64,000 nucleotides of DNA from a virus. Lineage: Duplodnaviria; Heunggongvirae; Uroviricota; Caudoviricetes. Made by a program: the position numbers and the translations under genes. Location: the IMG/VR virus record IMGVR_UViG_3300035678_000001, one strand, 5' to 3'. Positions within the stretch are counted from its first letter, which is position 1. Each line of letters begins with the position of its first letter. Positions 20,101 through 28,056 of the stretch are shown piece after piece. The notes under the pieces were generated by a model. The model was not told where the DNA came from. It ran no database searches and saw only the letters and a program-made list of their open reading frames with translations.

Positions 20101-20971
20101 TGTGCCCAGCCGGGTTGCTGTGGTGGTCGATCAGGAAGTCGGCATAGCGGTCGTCACCGACGACCTTGCCGCCCTCGCTGGGGGCGTAGGAGCCACCGTC
20201 GAACGGGTGCCCGCCAGTCCAGTCCTCGAACGGCACGGTGCCCTCGTTGTGGGCCGTCTTGAAGGCGTCGTTGATCGAGTCGCGGGTGCAGGCGATGCAG
20301 GTGCCGTCCTGCTTGTCGCGGGCTCGCCAGCCGTAGATCGGACGGTGCTGCGTGTTGCTCTCGTCCGACGCATCGAGCATCTTCTGGTTCACGTCATCGA
20401 GGTCGTGCCGCAACTTCCAGAGGTGGTCATCGCACAGCGCGATGGGCGGCTTGGCCTCGGTCTGACGGGCGTGCTGGTGGCCGGTGTGGACGTAGACGGT
20501 GACGTGGTGGACCTGCTGCGCTGTCTTGGACGACAGGTGGCTCGGCCCCTCGCCCTGGTGGTTGAGCAGCCAGGCGTCGGGGTGGTTCGCCAGGGCGTCG
20601 TTGATGACCTTCTCGGCGGACTGGTAGTCGGGGTGGCCGGGGTCGAGGTGCGGCGGATCCATGTGCTCGGCCTTGGTGTGCTCGGGCTCGTGATCGACGC
20701 ACCAGGGGTTGTCGCAGGGCTCGTCCCCTTCGGTCGGCTCGGTGTAGCCGCAGGACATGCACTGGCCGTGCAGGTTGTGGACGGTGTTGTGGTCGCACTC
20801 GTTCGGGTCGCGGGACAGCCCGGCTGTCGCAGCGATGTCCGTGCCGGGCCGGTAGCGCCCGCTGGGGGCGTCTACGTCCTTGGCGCAGGTCTGGCACCAC
20901 AACTGGCGCCCGCGACGGACACGAGGGCGTCCAGCAGCCATCGTGGCGTCACACCGCTGGCACTTACGCAA
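17105..20971 (-). CDS. 1288-aa His/Cys-rich mosaic protein
   Basis: Long uninterrupted ORF with phage-like codon use; many small CxxC and His modules separated by KTA-type linkers. Confidence 0.8.
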   Translation of the reverse strand: MRKCQRCDATMAAGRPRVRRGRQLWCQTCAKDVDAPSGRYRPGTDIAATAGLSRDPNECDHNTVHNLHGQCMSCGYTEPTEGDEPCDNPWCVDHEPEHTKAEHMDPPHLDPGHPDYQSAEKVINDALANHPDAWLLNHQGEGPSHLSSKTAQQVHHVTVYVHTGHQHARQTEAKPPIALCDDHLWKLRHDLDDVNQKMLDASDESNTQHRPIYGWRARDKQDGTCIACTRDSINDAFKTAHNEGTVPFEDWTGGHPFDGGSYAPSEGGKVVGDDRYADFLIDHHSNPAGHMEQDHGFAPEMVAGLSPERVLSLHESEHREHNRNPERTRQRERQGHGIEHEHSRFTPSTSAFKPKPRPLQMPLHPFTPHPDDPSQCVDCNNPRDNRHHDDTVQGHQPRLPGPLSFVRTAEWVHRPIYSGERITHTPGYPVKHPSGRTRLDVGDSLLWDSGKVSHIVGTTDTLLKLHDRAMPMHRSGVEGDHSKAIWHNDGVDDDLKNSINDIFKGSSRKTASEAKLPGGYLNEESQTDDFWAHPGPKAPYDPVMAHHGVEPKQEGHGPWHITRHPETRAYQLVDNQNRLVHSYSTPGHPSYERHDQNAESRAVNDWTAANQDHGHIPKWQDREGNEVPETGLSLRNHMGRGLILPGTEKARRKGEPLEDAQHVDTQHVQFHAPAPPFEHSTEDPRDEMYRNRARHQPAPRVLPPKIVTDTSSREHGTTYRRATPEEYDRPGAFHDPSPSDEYHGPYKVIQHAQTGKYHVADNQGRLTDFGGREGMEHQHTAEERRDYAEGRQRSKQVGRQIGEQIFNSTMDILDPGGTPESRQTERHTERLNDLGHRYEGGTHHPLTPGRFGADDHEHEGDGEGQPYYEVSHPSGYKARDYGGNNIHIYHAATGEMAHDLVGIHGGTEGDFFTKGEKPAGFGHEDLHRELHAWVQDHGADAEHHDPRIPRWQQRRGYTASKDDRFKGVSLDKDDDGFFVKTHRARSKSYPTAEDIPQKDVDFIESTGSKSAAKGDGEHWDIYGDGVDKEKYGPRPGEKFDEFRRRVGEPNSEGEYVPRKAVRTCAICHTREGTYPLGGYKKTDGSEWKMSDQACDVCTDRLYAQTEHPPRNWHLPHDTMHFTPLRQSMNARGETPRGEDPMQPTLWWRAPHSGWSVHVEHCEPSRDLREGYGAKVHQDVVLHHADTGARFNFKHAPSGENQPWEAGERRVDQYGVTHPRPPLHVLKHVNNAIAHTQQHAEHYADVFGQMAEQKDITDDLRRVPADMESERKAHEMFKRMMEKARDDDA

Positions 20972-21101
20972 CGTCGTCCTCTGTCCTGGGTCGCATCTCG
21001 ATCACCCTGGCGAGGTTCTCCGGGGTCAACTCACGCTTGGCCTTGATGATCTTCGGCACCTGCCACGCGATCACGCCCAGCATCGCCAACGACCACCACA
21101 T
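20964..21101 (-). CDS. Small membrane peptide (45 aa, MWWSLAMLGVIAWQV...)
   Basis: GAGGAGG RBS directly after the late motif; stop overlaps the start of the 1288-aa gene; not in the ORF track. Confidence 0.65.
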   Translation of the reverse strand: MWWSLAMLGVIAWQVPKIIKAKRELTPENLARVIEMRPRTEDDVA

Positions 21102-21111
21102 GACTGCCTCC

Positions 21112-21123
21112 TCACCCCTTCAC
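21112..21123 (-). promoter_or_regulatory. GTGAAGGGGTGA motif copy
   Basis: Exact 12-mer in the gap after the ParB-like gene. Confidence 0.7.
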
Positions 21124-21150
21124 AGGGTCCATCGCGGGCTGGACAGGAGG

Positions 21151-21693
21151 TCAGGGCCGCAACTCGCGGAAGTGGTACGGGTGGACCTCTGGCGGGACAT
21201 AGGGGTACTCCTCGTCCTCCGAGAAGTTGGTGGTCATGTGCAGCGGGGCACCGCCGGTCCCGCCGATGGACTGCCGAGCCCGGCGCTGGGCGCGTTCGGA
21301 CAGATCACGAGCCCGGCTGACCACCCGGACGGGCACGTGGGGGACGCCCTCCTCGACAGCGGCTGCGAGGCGGTGGTTGCCCTCTCCGAGCGAGCCCCAG
21401 TGCTGGTCCGGGTCGTGCTCCATCATCAGCGGCGTGTGGATGCCCTTGCCGCTGCGGATGTCAGCCCGGATGCCGTCGATGATCTCTCGGTCGCGCTCGG
21501 GCATGTGGGGGTTCTGGCGCCCATCGTGCTCGCGGTAGGGCAGCAACTTATGGGTGGGCACCATGCCCACGATGGAGCGACTCTCGTCGCCTTCGAGGTG
21601 GCCGATGCCGCCGGAGCGCCGGTCCTCGACCTCGGGGTGGATCTCGTCAGCGGCGGGCGAGATGGCCGCGACCTTCGCCCAGAGCAGGGCCAC
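21151..21693 (-). CDS. ParB/Srx-like N-terminal domain protein
   Basis: IRSGKGIHTPL...LGEGNHRLAAA...HVPVRV matches the ParB GxHR motif. Confidence 0.75.
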   Translation of the reverse strand: MALLWAKVAAISPAADEIHPEVEDRRSGGIGHLEGDESRSIVGMVPTHKLLPYREHDGRQNPHMPERDREIIDGIRADIRSGKGIHTPLMMEHDPDQHWGSLGEGNHRLAAAVEEGVPHVPVRVVSRARDLSERAQRRARQSIGGTGGAPLHMTTNFSEDEEYPYVPPEVHPYHFRELRP

Positions 21694-21695
21694 GG

Positions 21696-22190
21696 CTAGT
21701 CCTCGACGCCGAAGGCATCCCGGAGCAGGACGGAGGACGCCAGGGAGATCAGGCGCTCCCCGGCCTCCTCACCGAGTTGGGCGGCGCAGGCGCGGATCGC
21801 CGGGTCTTGCCGAAGCCGGGCCTGGATGAGCCCCAGAGCGTCCTGGGCGATCTCCCCGAAGCCGTCGAGACGCCCCTCGGCTGCCAGGGCGTTGAGCACC
21901 CCGACCTCGCCCTCCTCGTCGTACGCCGCGAGCACGCCGGTCGCCTCGATGACGCCCACGTCGAGGGAGTCGTCCAGCCCGTCGTCCACCACGTTGGCCT
22001 GCTTGCCGAGCACTGCGATGTCGTACTGGTCGAGCAGCACGATGGCGCCCGTGGCCGAGCCAGTCGAGACGAGCACGTGGGCCGACCGCTGGTCGGACTG
22101 CACGACCGTGCCCTGGTCACCCATCACCAGGGTGTGGTCATCGCAGGCCGGGCCGATGTACGACACCTTCTGGCCCTCGTGTGCGGTCAT
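21696..22190 (-). CDS. Hypothetical protein (N-terminal SH3-like barrel, helical C-terminus)
   Basis: Coupled ORF (ATGA). Confidence 0.65.
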   Translation of the reverse strand: MTAHEGQKVSYIGPACDDHTLVMGDQGTVVQSDQRSAHVLVSTGSATGAIVLLDQYDIAVLGKQANVVDDGLDDSLDVGVIEATGVLAAYDEEGEVGVLNALAAEGRLDGFGEIAQDALGLIQARLRQDPAIRACAAQLGEEAGERLISLASSVLLRDAFGVED

Positions 22191-24319
22191 CGCTGGACCC
22201 TCTCGACCAGAGCGGGAAACCGCTCGATAGCGCGGTTGCCGATGACGAGCGCGGCCTGCCGGGACAGGCTCGGGTCAGAGCGCAGCGCCGTGTTGGCGAT
22301 CTCGCGCACGACCTTGGCCTCGATGCCGCGCTGCTTCATGCGCTGCACCTGGCGCTCGTTCATCCGCTTGTTGTAGTCATCGAAGTGCTCACCCGGCAGC
22401 GGCGGCGCCTCGTCGTTCATCGGGTCGTCGTGGGTGTGCGGGTTCATGCCCGGCCCGTGGGTGTGCTCGCGCTCGTGGAACTTCACCGCGTGCTCACCGG
22501 CCATGTCACCGATGACGCTGGCGCCGTAGCCGTGGTGCTCGTCCAAGTGCTGATGCACGTCGAACTCGTTGGGCGCAGGGTGAACCTCGCGGCTCGGCTG
22601 GCGGTGCGTGAAGCCGCTGTAGTCGCCCTCCTCCGGGCGCTGGCTGTCGGCATCGGCCAACTCGCGCCGGTCACGCTCGCGGCTGTAGTTGGCGCCCGGC
22701 GTGCCGTGGTCCTCACCGAAGGGACGGAAGGCCCGAGGCGTCGGGTTGAACATGCGGTGCAGGTCATCGTGGTTGGTGTACGGGCTCGGGTTCGACATCT
22801 GGTCCATGTAGGACCGGGTGTCCACCGGGGTGACCGTACGGCCAGCGCCCTGGGTGTGGCGGTCCACGTGGTTGTCCGGGTACGGACGGCCCCAGATGCC
22901 GTGGCCGCGAGGTGCTGCCTCGGCCTGGTGCGGGTGCGCGTTGGAGTAGTCGGGCTCGCGGCTCGCGCCGCCCATCCGCATCCCGTCGTGGAAGTCGTGG
23001 ACCTGGCCCTGCACGCGGTCGTAACCACCCCACTGGGTGTCCACGTGCTCGGTGGTGGACACGTCCGGGTGCCGGTCGTGCAGGTACATCATCCGGCGGC
23101 TCTGGCTGAACGAGTGGTGCGGGTCGCCCCACTGGTCGAGCGCGGCCCGCGTCGTCTGGGTCGCGTAGCCGCCCGTGTTGTACGTGACATCGCCGTTGGG
23201 GTGGTGCCGCACGATGTCGGTGTCGTGCAGGCGGACCACGCGGTCGCCCGTGCTTGGGTCCATGCGCGCCGTCAGGTTGCGACCGAGGCGGTGCTCTCCG
23301 GCGTACGGCCCGGTGCGGACCTTCTTGCGCGGGTTGGACAGCACGCGGTCGATGTCGGTGACCGGGTGGTTGGCGCTAATGCGGTTGTCCGACCCGCCAC
23401 GGTCTGCCTCGGTCTGCAAGGTGTCCTCCAAGGCGTTGAGTGAGCGGCGCAGCCAGTGCTGGTCTGACGGGTGCGTGGGCAGTTGGTGCTGCCACAGGGT
23501 GTACGGCGTGCCGTACTGCACGTGATCCACCTGCGGCACGAGGCCGGGCGGGCGCGGGCCGATGTGCTCGCGGATCTTGCGCTCGTACGGGTCTTGGTGA
23601 TCGTCCTTGCCCCGGCTCATGTCCATGACGGCAGGGCCGTTGGTCGAGTGCTCGATAGGCACCGTGCGCTCCATCAGCGGCTTGGCTGCCGTCTCGGCGT
23701 CCTTGCGGCGGTCGAACTCACCGCCGTGCGAGCCGATGATCTCGTCCTGACAGGTCGGGCAGACCTCGCCGTTGCCGTGCGGGTACTTGATCCGGCAGCC
23801 AGGGCACACGTCCGGGTGGATCCGGCCATGCACCGGGTCGTCGTCGGCGTGGATGAAGTCGTCGTCGTACGACGCATGACGCCACGAGAACGGGTCGCCC
23901 TCGTCGTAGTTGTAGCGGCCAGCCGCGTCCTCGTTGGGCTCGGCGTGGTTCTGGCCGTCCTCGCACTGCTGGCGCTCGTAGCGAGGGGTGTCGGGGTCGA
24001 TGTGCGTCCAGTCGGAGCCGAAGTTGTGGTTCCTGATCGCGACCGGCTCGCCGCAGTGCTTGCACGGCAGGTGGGCCTTCGCCCCGGTGACCGTCCGACC
24101 GTCGATGGTGCGCATCAGACGCTGGCGCTGACGCTGACGGTGCGGACGGCCCCCGTTGCCGTCGTCCTGGCACAGCGGGCACAGCCCTACCGCCGTCTCG
24201 GCACCAGCAAGGGTCGCGCCGCAGTTCTTGCACGAGGCGCGAGGCGTCTTGTTGAGGTCGAGCGGCGGGAGGTTGGTGAGGTCGTTGACCTCCTCCGCGC
24301 TGGCTGCTGTGAGGTCCAT
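22187..24319 (-). CDS. 710-aa His/Cys-rich mosaic protein
   Basis: CxxC pairs, LHDTDIV...NTGGYATQTT module, HLDEHHG module. Confidence 0.75.
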   Translation of the reverse strand: MDLTAASAEEVNDLTNLPPLDLNKTPRASCKNCGATLAGAETAVGLCPLCQDDGNGGRPHRQRQRQRLMRTIDGRTVTGAKAHLPCKHCGEPVAIRNHNFGSDWTHIDPDTPRYERQQCEDGQNHAEPNEDAAGRYNYDEGDPFSWRHASYDDDFIHADDDPVHGRIHPDVCPGCRIKYPHGNGEVCPTCQDEIIGSHGGEFDRRKDAETAAKPLMERTVPIEHSTNGPAVMDMSRGKDDHQDPYERKIREHIGPRPPGLVPQVDHVQYGTPYTLWQHQLPTHPSDQHWLRRSLNALEDTLQTEADRGGSDNRISANHPVTDIDRVLSNPRKKVRTGPYAGEHRLGRNLTARMDPSTGDRVVRLHDTDIVRHHPNGDVTYNTGGYATQTTRAALDQWGDPHHSFSQSRRMMYLHDRHPDVSTTEHVDTQWGGYDRVQGQVHDFHDGMRMGGASREPDYSNAHPHQAEAAPRGHGIWGRPYPDNHVDRHTQGAGRTVTPVDTRSYMDQMSNPSPYTNHDDLHRMFNPTPRAFRPFGEDHGTPGANYSRERDRRELADADSQRPEEGDYSGFTHRQPSREVHPAPNEFDVHQHLDEHHGYGASVIGDMAGEHAVKFHEREHTHGPGMNPHTHDDPMNDEAPPLPGEHFDDYNKRMNERQVQRMKQRGIEAKVVREIANTALRSDPSLSRQAALVIGNRAIERFPALVERVQR

Positions 24320-26038
24320 CTACTCGCCCGGCGGGATCTTGGTGTCGGTCGCCTCGGGACCAGGCTGCGGCGTGTTGCTGCCACCAGGCATCTGGCGCGG
24401 CTTGGTCGTCAGCGAGCCACCACCGGGCTCACCCGGTACGCCGTCGTTGGGCAGGCCACCAGCGAGGTTCTGGGTGGCCGGGTTCTTGTCGTCGTCCTGG
24501 GCACCGTCATAGGCGTTGTCCTTGCCACCAGGCGACTTGAACGGGTTGTCGTCGGTGTAGGGGTTGGCCTGCGTCGAGAGCGAGCCCTGCTTGCCGAGCC
24601 CGTCCTTGATCGCACGAGTGATCGTCTCCCGCAGCGACGGGGAGGCCCACTGCACGGCGCTCGGGTCGGTCCAGTGGCCCTGCTGCGCCATCTGGTGGGC
24701 GTGCTCGTACGCCTCCTTCTTCCAGCAGCCCTCGCAGACGGGCGTGTAGGCGCCGTCCAACTTGTCGGGCTTGGCGCCACCGCAGTCCTGGCACGGCTGG
24801 CCCGTCCACGATGCCTCGCGAGCGAGACGGTTGTGGCACTGCGGGCACTCGACGGGACGGCCATCGGACTGCCACTGGTGGCCGCAGCGGGCGCACGTCA
24901 TCTGACGAGCGGCACCCTTGGCGAACGGGTTGTCGCTGTCGTCGGCGGGCGGCGCGTTGGGGTCGGCATCCGGGTCGGCGTCGGGGTCAGCATCGGGGTC
25001 CACGTCGCCGCCACCGTTCTCGGCCACCGTGCCCTTCTGCACCGTGACGCCCTCGGGGTCAGCATCGAAGACACCAGCGTCGATGGCATCCGAGGCGTCG
25101 GCCTTGCTGGCGTACGGGCCACCGATGTCGAGGTTGGAGTCCTCGTCCAGCACGTAGTAGCCGGGGCTCGGAGCGACCGCGTTGGGGTCGTCGTCGTCCT
25201 GGCCGTCGCCGTCCATGTCGGCCTGCTGGTCGTCGTCGCCGTCCGAGGGCGGGAAGCCCGCGACGTGGACGATGGCGAGACGCCGGACCTTCGCGTTCAG
25301 GGCTCCGAAGTGGTGGAAGAACGGCACGTCACCCTGCACCTTGGGGTCGTTCTCCAACAGGTGCTCGTCCTCGCGGTCGGGGTAGCCATGCTGGCCGGGC
25401 TGGGCCTTCACCCGAGCCCAGAACCCCTTCTTGCCCTCGTGCTCGGAGTCGCCCATGAAGTGCTGGACGAAGACGCGAGAGCCGACAGGGTGGACGGTCG
25501 GCTCGTAGCCAGCCGTCTTGGCCGTCTTGTGGGGCTCGCTGATCTCGTCGTGGCACGTGCCGCAGTGCTCGCCCTCGGCAGGCACCTCGTCGGACTCGAA
25601 GACAGGGTGGACATCGTTGCCCTCGCTGTCCTTGCCGTGGACCTCGCCGTCAGCGTTCTTGCCGAACCGCTTCTCGGCGCAGCGAGGGCAGTGCATGTCG
25701 GCGTCGTAGGTGTACGCCCGCACATCCCACGCCTTGGCGGCGCTATGGGAGAAAGGGGGCGGCTCCGGTGCGGCAGCAGCCCGCGCCTCGGCCACCAAGT
25801 CCCAGTCGGCCTTGAGTGCCTGCGCGAGAGCCACCGTGGTGATGCCAGCGGCCTCGGCAGCGAGGGTGATCTTCTCCTCGGCCAGTGCCTCGCGGTGGAC
25901 GTACTCCCGCTCGGTCTGCGCGCCAGCGAGGAAGGGCAGGAACCCCATGCACGCGGCCTTCGCCATCGCGAGGGCGTGGTCGTCGGCGGCTACTTGCGCA
26001 GCATCACCAGCGCCATCCCACAGGCTCGTGAACTCCAT
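24320..26038 (-). CDS. Mosaic head-associated protein (Zn fingers, SH3-like barrel, DADP repeats)
   Basis: ATG at 26038 overlaps the upstream TGA, with AGGAG RBS; the listed 26446 start is unlikely. Confidence 0.7.
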   Translation of the reverse strand: MEFTSLWDGAGDAAQVAADDHALAMAKAACMGFLPFLAGAQTEREYVHREALAEEKITLAAEAAGITTVALAQALKADWDLVAEARAAAAPEPPPFSHSAAKAWDVRAYTYDADMHCPRCAEKRFGKNADGEVHGKDSEGNDVHPVFESDEVPAEGEHCGTCHDEISEPHKTAKTAGYEPTVHPVGSRVFVQHFMGDSEHEGKKGFWARVKAQPGQHGYPDREDEHLLENDPKVQGDVPFFHHFGALNAKVRRLAIVHVAGFPPSDGDDDQQADMDGDGQDDDDPNAVAPSPGYYVLDEDSNLDIGGPYASKADASDAIDAGVFDADPEGVTVQKGTVAENGGGDVDPDADPDADPDADPNAPPADDSDNPFAKGAARQMTCARCGHQWQSDGRPVECPQCHNRLAREASWTGQPCQDCGGAKPDKLDGAYTPVCEGCWKKEAYEHAHQMAQQGHWTDPSAVQWASPSLRETITRAIKDGLGKQGSLSTQANPYTDDNPFKSPGGKDNAYDGAQDDDKNPATQNLAGGLPNDGVPGEPGGGSLTTKPRQMPGGSNTPQPGPEATDTKIPPGE

Positions 26039-28056
26039 CAGGACTCCTCCTTGTTGACGGCGAGCAGTCCGGCCTGCACCTGCTGGCGGAAGGCGCTCAT
26101 GGCGGGCGTCAGCGACAGGTTCGGCGCCGACGTGAGGGTGGGCTCCTGGCCCTGCTTGCTCGGGTCCACCCACTCGGGGTCGGGAGCGACCGGGGAGGAG
26201 TACGGCGGGGCGCCGTTGTACGGGGCGCTGCCGCCGGGGGCTGCCGGGTCCATGCCGCCAGCGAGCGGCGGGACGGTGCCGGGGCCGTTGAACGGCGTGT
26301 TGACGGTCGGGCTGGACGAGCCGTCCATCGTGTCGAGGTCCACCGAGGTCGCGGCCTGCTTGGCAGCCGTGAAGGCCCGGTGCAGGGCGATCCGCCGGGT
26401 GAACTGCGGATCCTTCTCGCCCCACTTCTCGTGGTCGGCCAGCCATGCCTGCTTGGCCGCGAGCGAGTCGTTGTCCATCATCCCGGCGTAGAGCCCGGAC
26501 TCGAACTCGACCGACCCGGTGGTGACCAGGCGGGTGCCCGGCTTCCAGCGGGCGGCGAAGCGGTAGCCCTTGCGGAACTCCTTGGACTGCAAGGTCGCCT
26601 CGCTGACGATGCCTGCGTGGCGCTTCATCGTGGCCTCGGTGACGAGCCCAGCAGTGACGCCCGCGTCGTTGCCCTTGGTGCGGTCCTGGCTGACCGAAGG
26701 CGGCACGTCGTTGCGCTGCTGCACGAGCGGCTGCGAGGAGTAGCCCTGCACGTAGCCCTGCACGTACGGGTCCACACCACTGCTGGCGTCGGCGTACGTC
26801 GGACGGGCGTTGGGGTCGGCAGCGTCGGCAGCACCAGCGGCGCGACCGGCGTTGAAGTCGCCGTTCGGCGCCACCGGGTAGTCGCTGGCGTTGTCCTGCA
26901 CCGACTGGCCGGGCACGGCGTGCGGGGCGTCACCGCCACCGAACATGTCGGCCTCCTTGCGCTGCGCGTAGGCAGGCAGCACCTGGGTGTTGCCGACCTC
27001 CATCGACTTGTCCAGCGGGGCATCGCGGTTGGTCACGAGCCGGGGAGGCAGTGCCTCGTCCGGGAACGCGACCTCCTCGGGGAGGGGGGTCGGAGACGGG
27101 TTGCCGTCCACGTCCACTGCCTGCTGGATCTGCGGCAGTCCCGAGTTGGCGACCGTGCGGGTCACGCGGGCCACGACGGTCCGGGTGCCCGGCGCGGGCC
27201 GGGCCTCAACGAAAGGGCGCGGCTCCGGCTGGGCCGCAGCCGTCTTGGCTGCGCGCTGCTCGGCCACGAACTGGTCGAGGTCCATGACGTGGTTGACCGC
27301 CACCGAGGGGTAGTCCACCAGCGAGCCCTCGGTCGCCAGCGAGGCGCCGACGTTCATGCCGGAGCCACCGCCAGCGGGCTGCGAGGGGGCGTCCCAGCGG
27401 TGACCGCCAGGGACATCGGGTGCGCCCTGGCCGTTGCCCTCCTGCAAGATCTCGTTGAGCAGCGGCGCGTTGTAGGACGACTGCATCTCGTCCACGCCCT
27501 GGTTCTCGGGAGCGACCGGCTCCTCGAAGGTGTCGAACGTCTCCGTGGGGAGCGGCGTCGTCTTCGGGTTGTTGTTCGGGTCCACCGTCTGCTGGATCTG
27601 GTCCAGCCCGGACGCGGCCTCGCGGCGGTGCAGGAACGCCACGTAGTCGAGGAACGCCTGCTCGGCCTCGGGAGCCTGCTCGCCGTAGGCACCGGCCACG
27701 CGGCGGGCCTGGCCCTTGGCCTGCTCGTTGAACTCGTCCTCGTCGCTCTTGACGAACGACGACGTGCGACCGAACCAGAGGCTGGCCTCGGCCATCACGG
27801 CGGTGTGGGCGACCTGCGGGTCCGAGGTCGTGGCGACCTCATCGAGCCAGTCGGTGCTGGCCGTGTGCATCTCGTGGACGCGCACCGGCTGCAACGTCTG
27901 CTCGACCACCGCGTTCGCGAGGTCCACGTCGCGGGACGCGGCGACCTGACGGGCGCGGTCGTTGCGCAGCGCGTCCAACTCGGTGACGAGTGCGGCCTGC
28001 TCCTTGAACGTGGATGCGGCTGCGATCTCCCGCAGCAGTGTGGCTTCGGTCTTCAC
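26038..28056 (-). CDS. Head-associated/scaffold-like protein with internal SGLxQIQQxVD repeat
   Basis: GTG at 28056 overlaps the upstream TGA, with GGAGG RBS; helical N-terminus and Pro/Gly-rich segments. Confidence 0.7.
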   Translation of the reverse strand: MKTEATLLREIAAASTFKEQAALVTELDALRNDRARQVAASRDVDLANAVVEQTLQPVRVHEMHTASTDWLDEVATTSDPQVAHTAVMAEASLWFGRTSSFVKSDEDEFNEQAKGQARRVAGAYGEQAPEAEQAFLDYVAFLHRREAASGLDQIQQTVDPNNNPKTTPLPTETFDTFEEPVAPENQGVDEMQSSYNAPLLNEILQEGNGQGAPDVPGGHRWDAPSQPAGGGSGMNVGASLATEGSLVDYPSVAVNHVMDLDQFVAEQRAAKTAAAQPEPRPFVEARPAPGTRTVVARVTRTVANSGLPQIQQAVDVDGNPSPTPLPEEVAFPDEALPPRLVTNRDAPLDKSMEVGNTQVLPAYAQRKEADMFGGGDAPHAVPGQSVQDNASDYPVAPNGDFNAGRAAGAADAADPNARPTYADASSGVDPYVQGYVQGYSSQPLVQQRNDVPPSVSQDRTKGNDAGVTAGLVTEATMKRHAGIVSEATLQSKEFRKGYRFAARWKPGTRLVTTGSVEFESGLYAGMMDNDSLAAKQAWLADHEKWGEKDPQFTRRIALHRAFTAAKQAATSVDLDTMDGSSSPTVNTPFNGPGTVPPLAGGMDPAAPGGSAPYNGAPPYSSPVAPDPEWVDPSKQGQEPTLTSAPNLSLTPAMSAFRQQVQAGLLAVNKEES

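Noticed and set aside
24960-25000. Short GGGTC(G/A)GC repeats as CRISPR or VNTR
   Set aside because: They encode a D-A-D-P linker; there is no spacer structure
26038-28056. Major capsid protein or prohead protease call
   Set aside because: No HK97-fold or protease motifs recognisable; left as head-associated hypothetical
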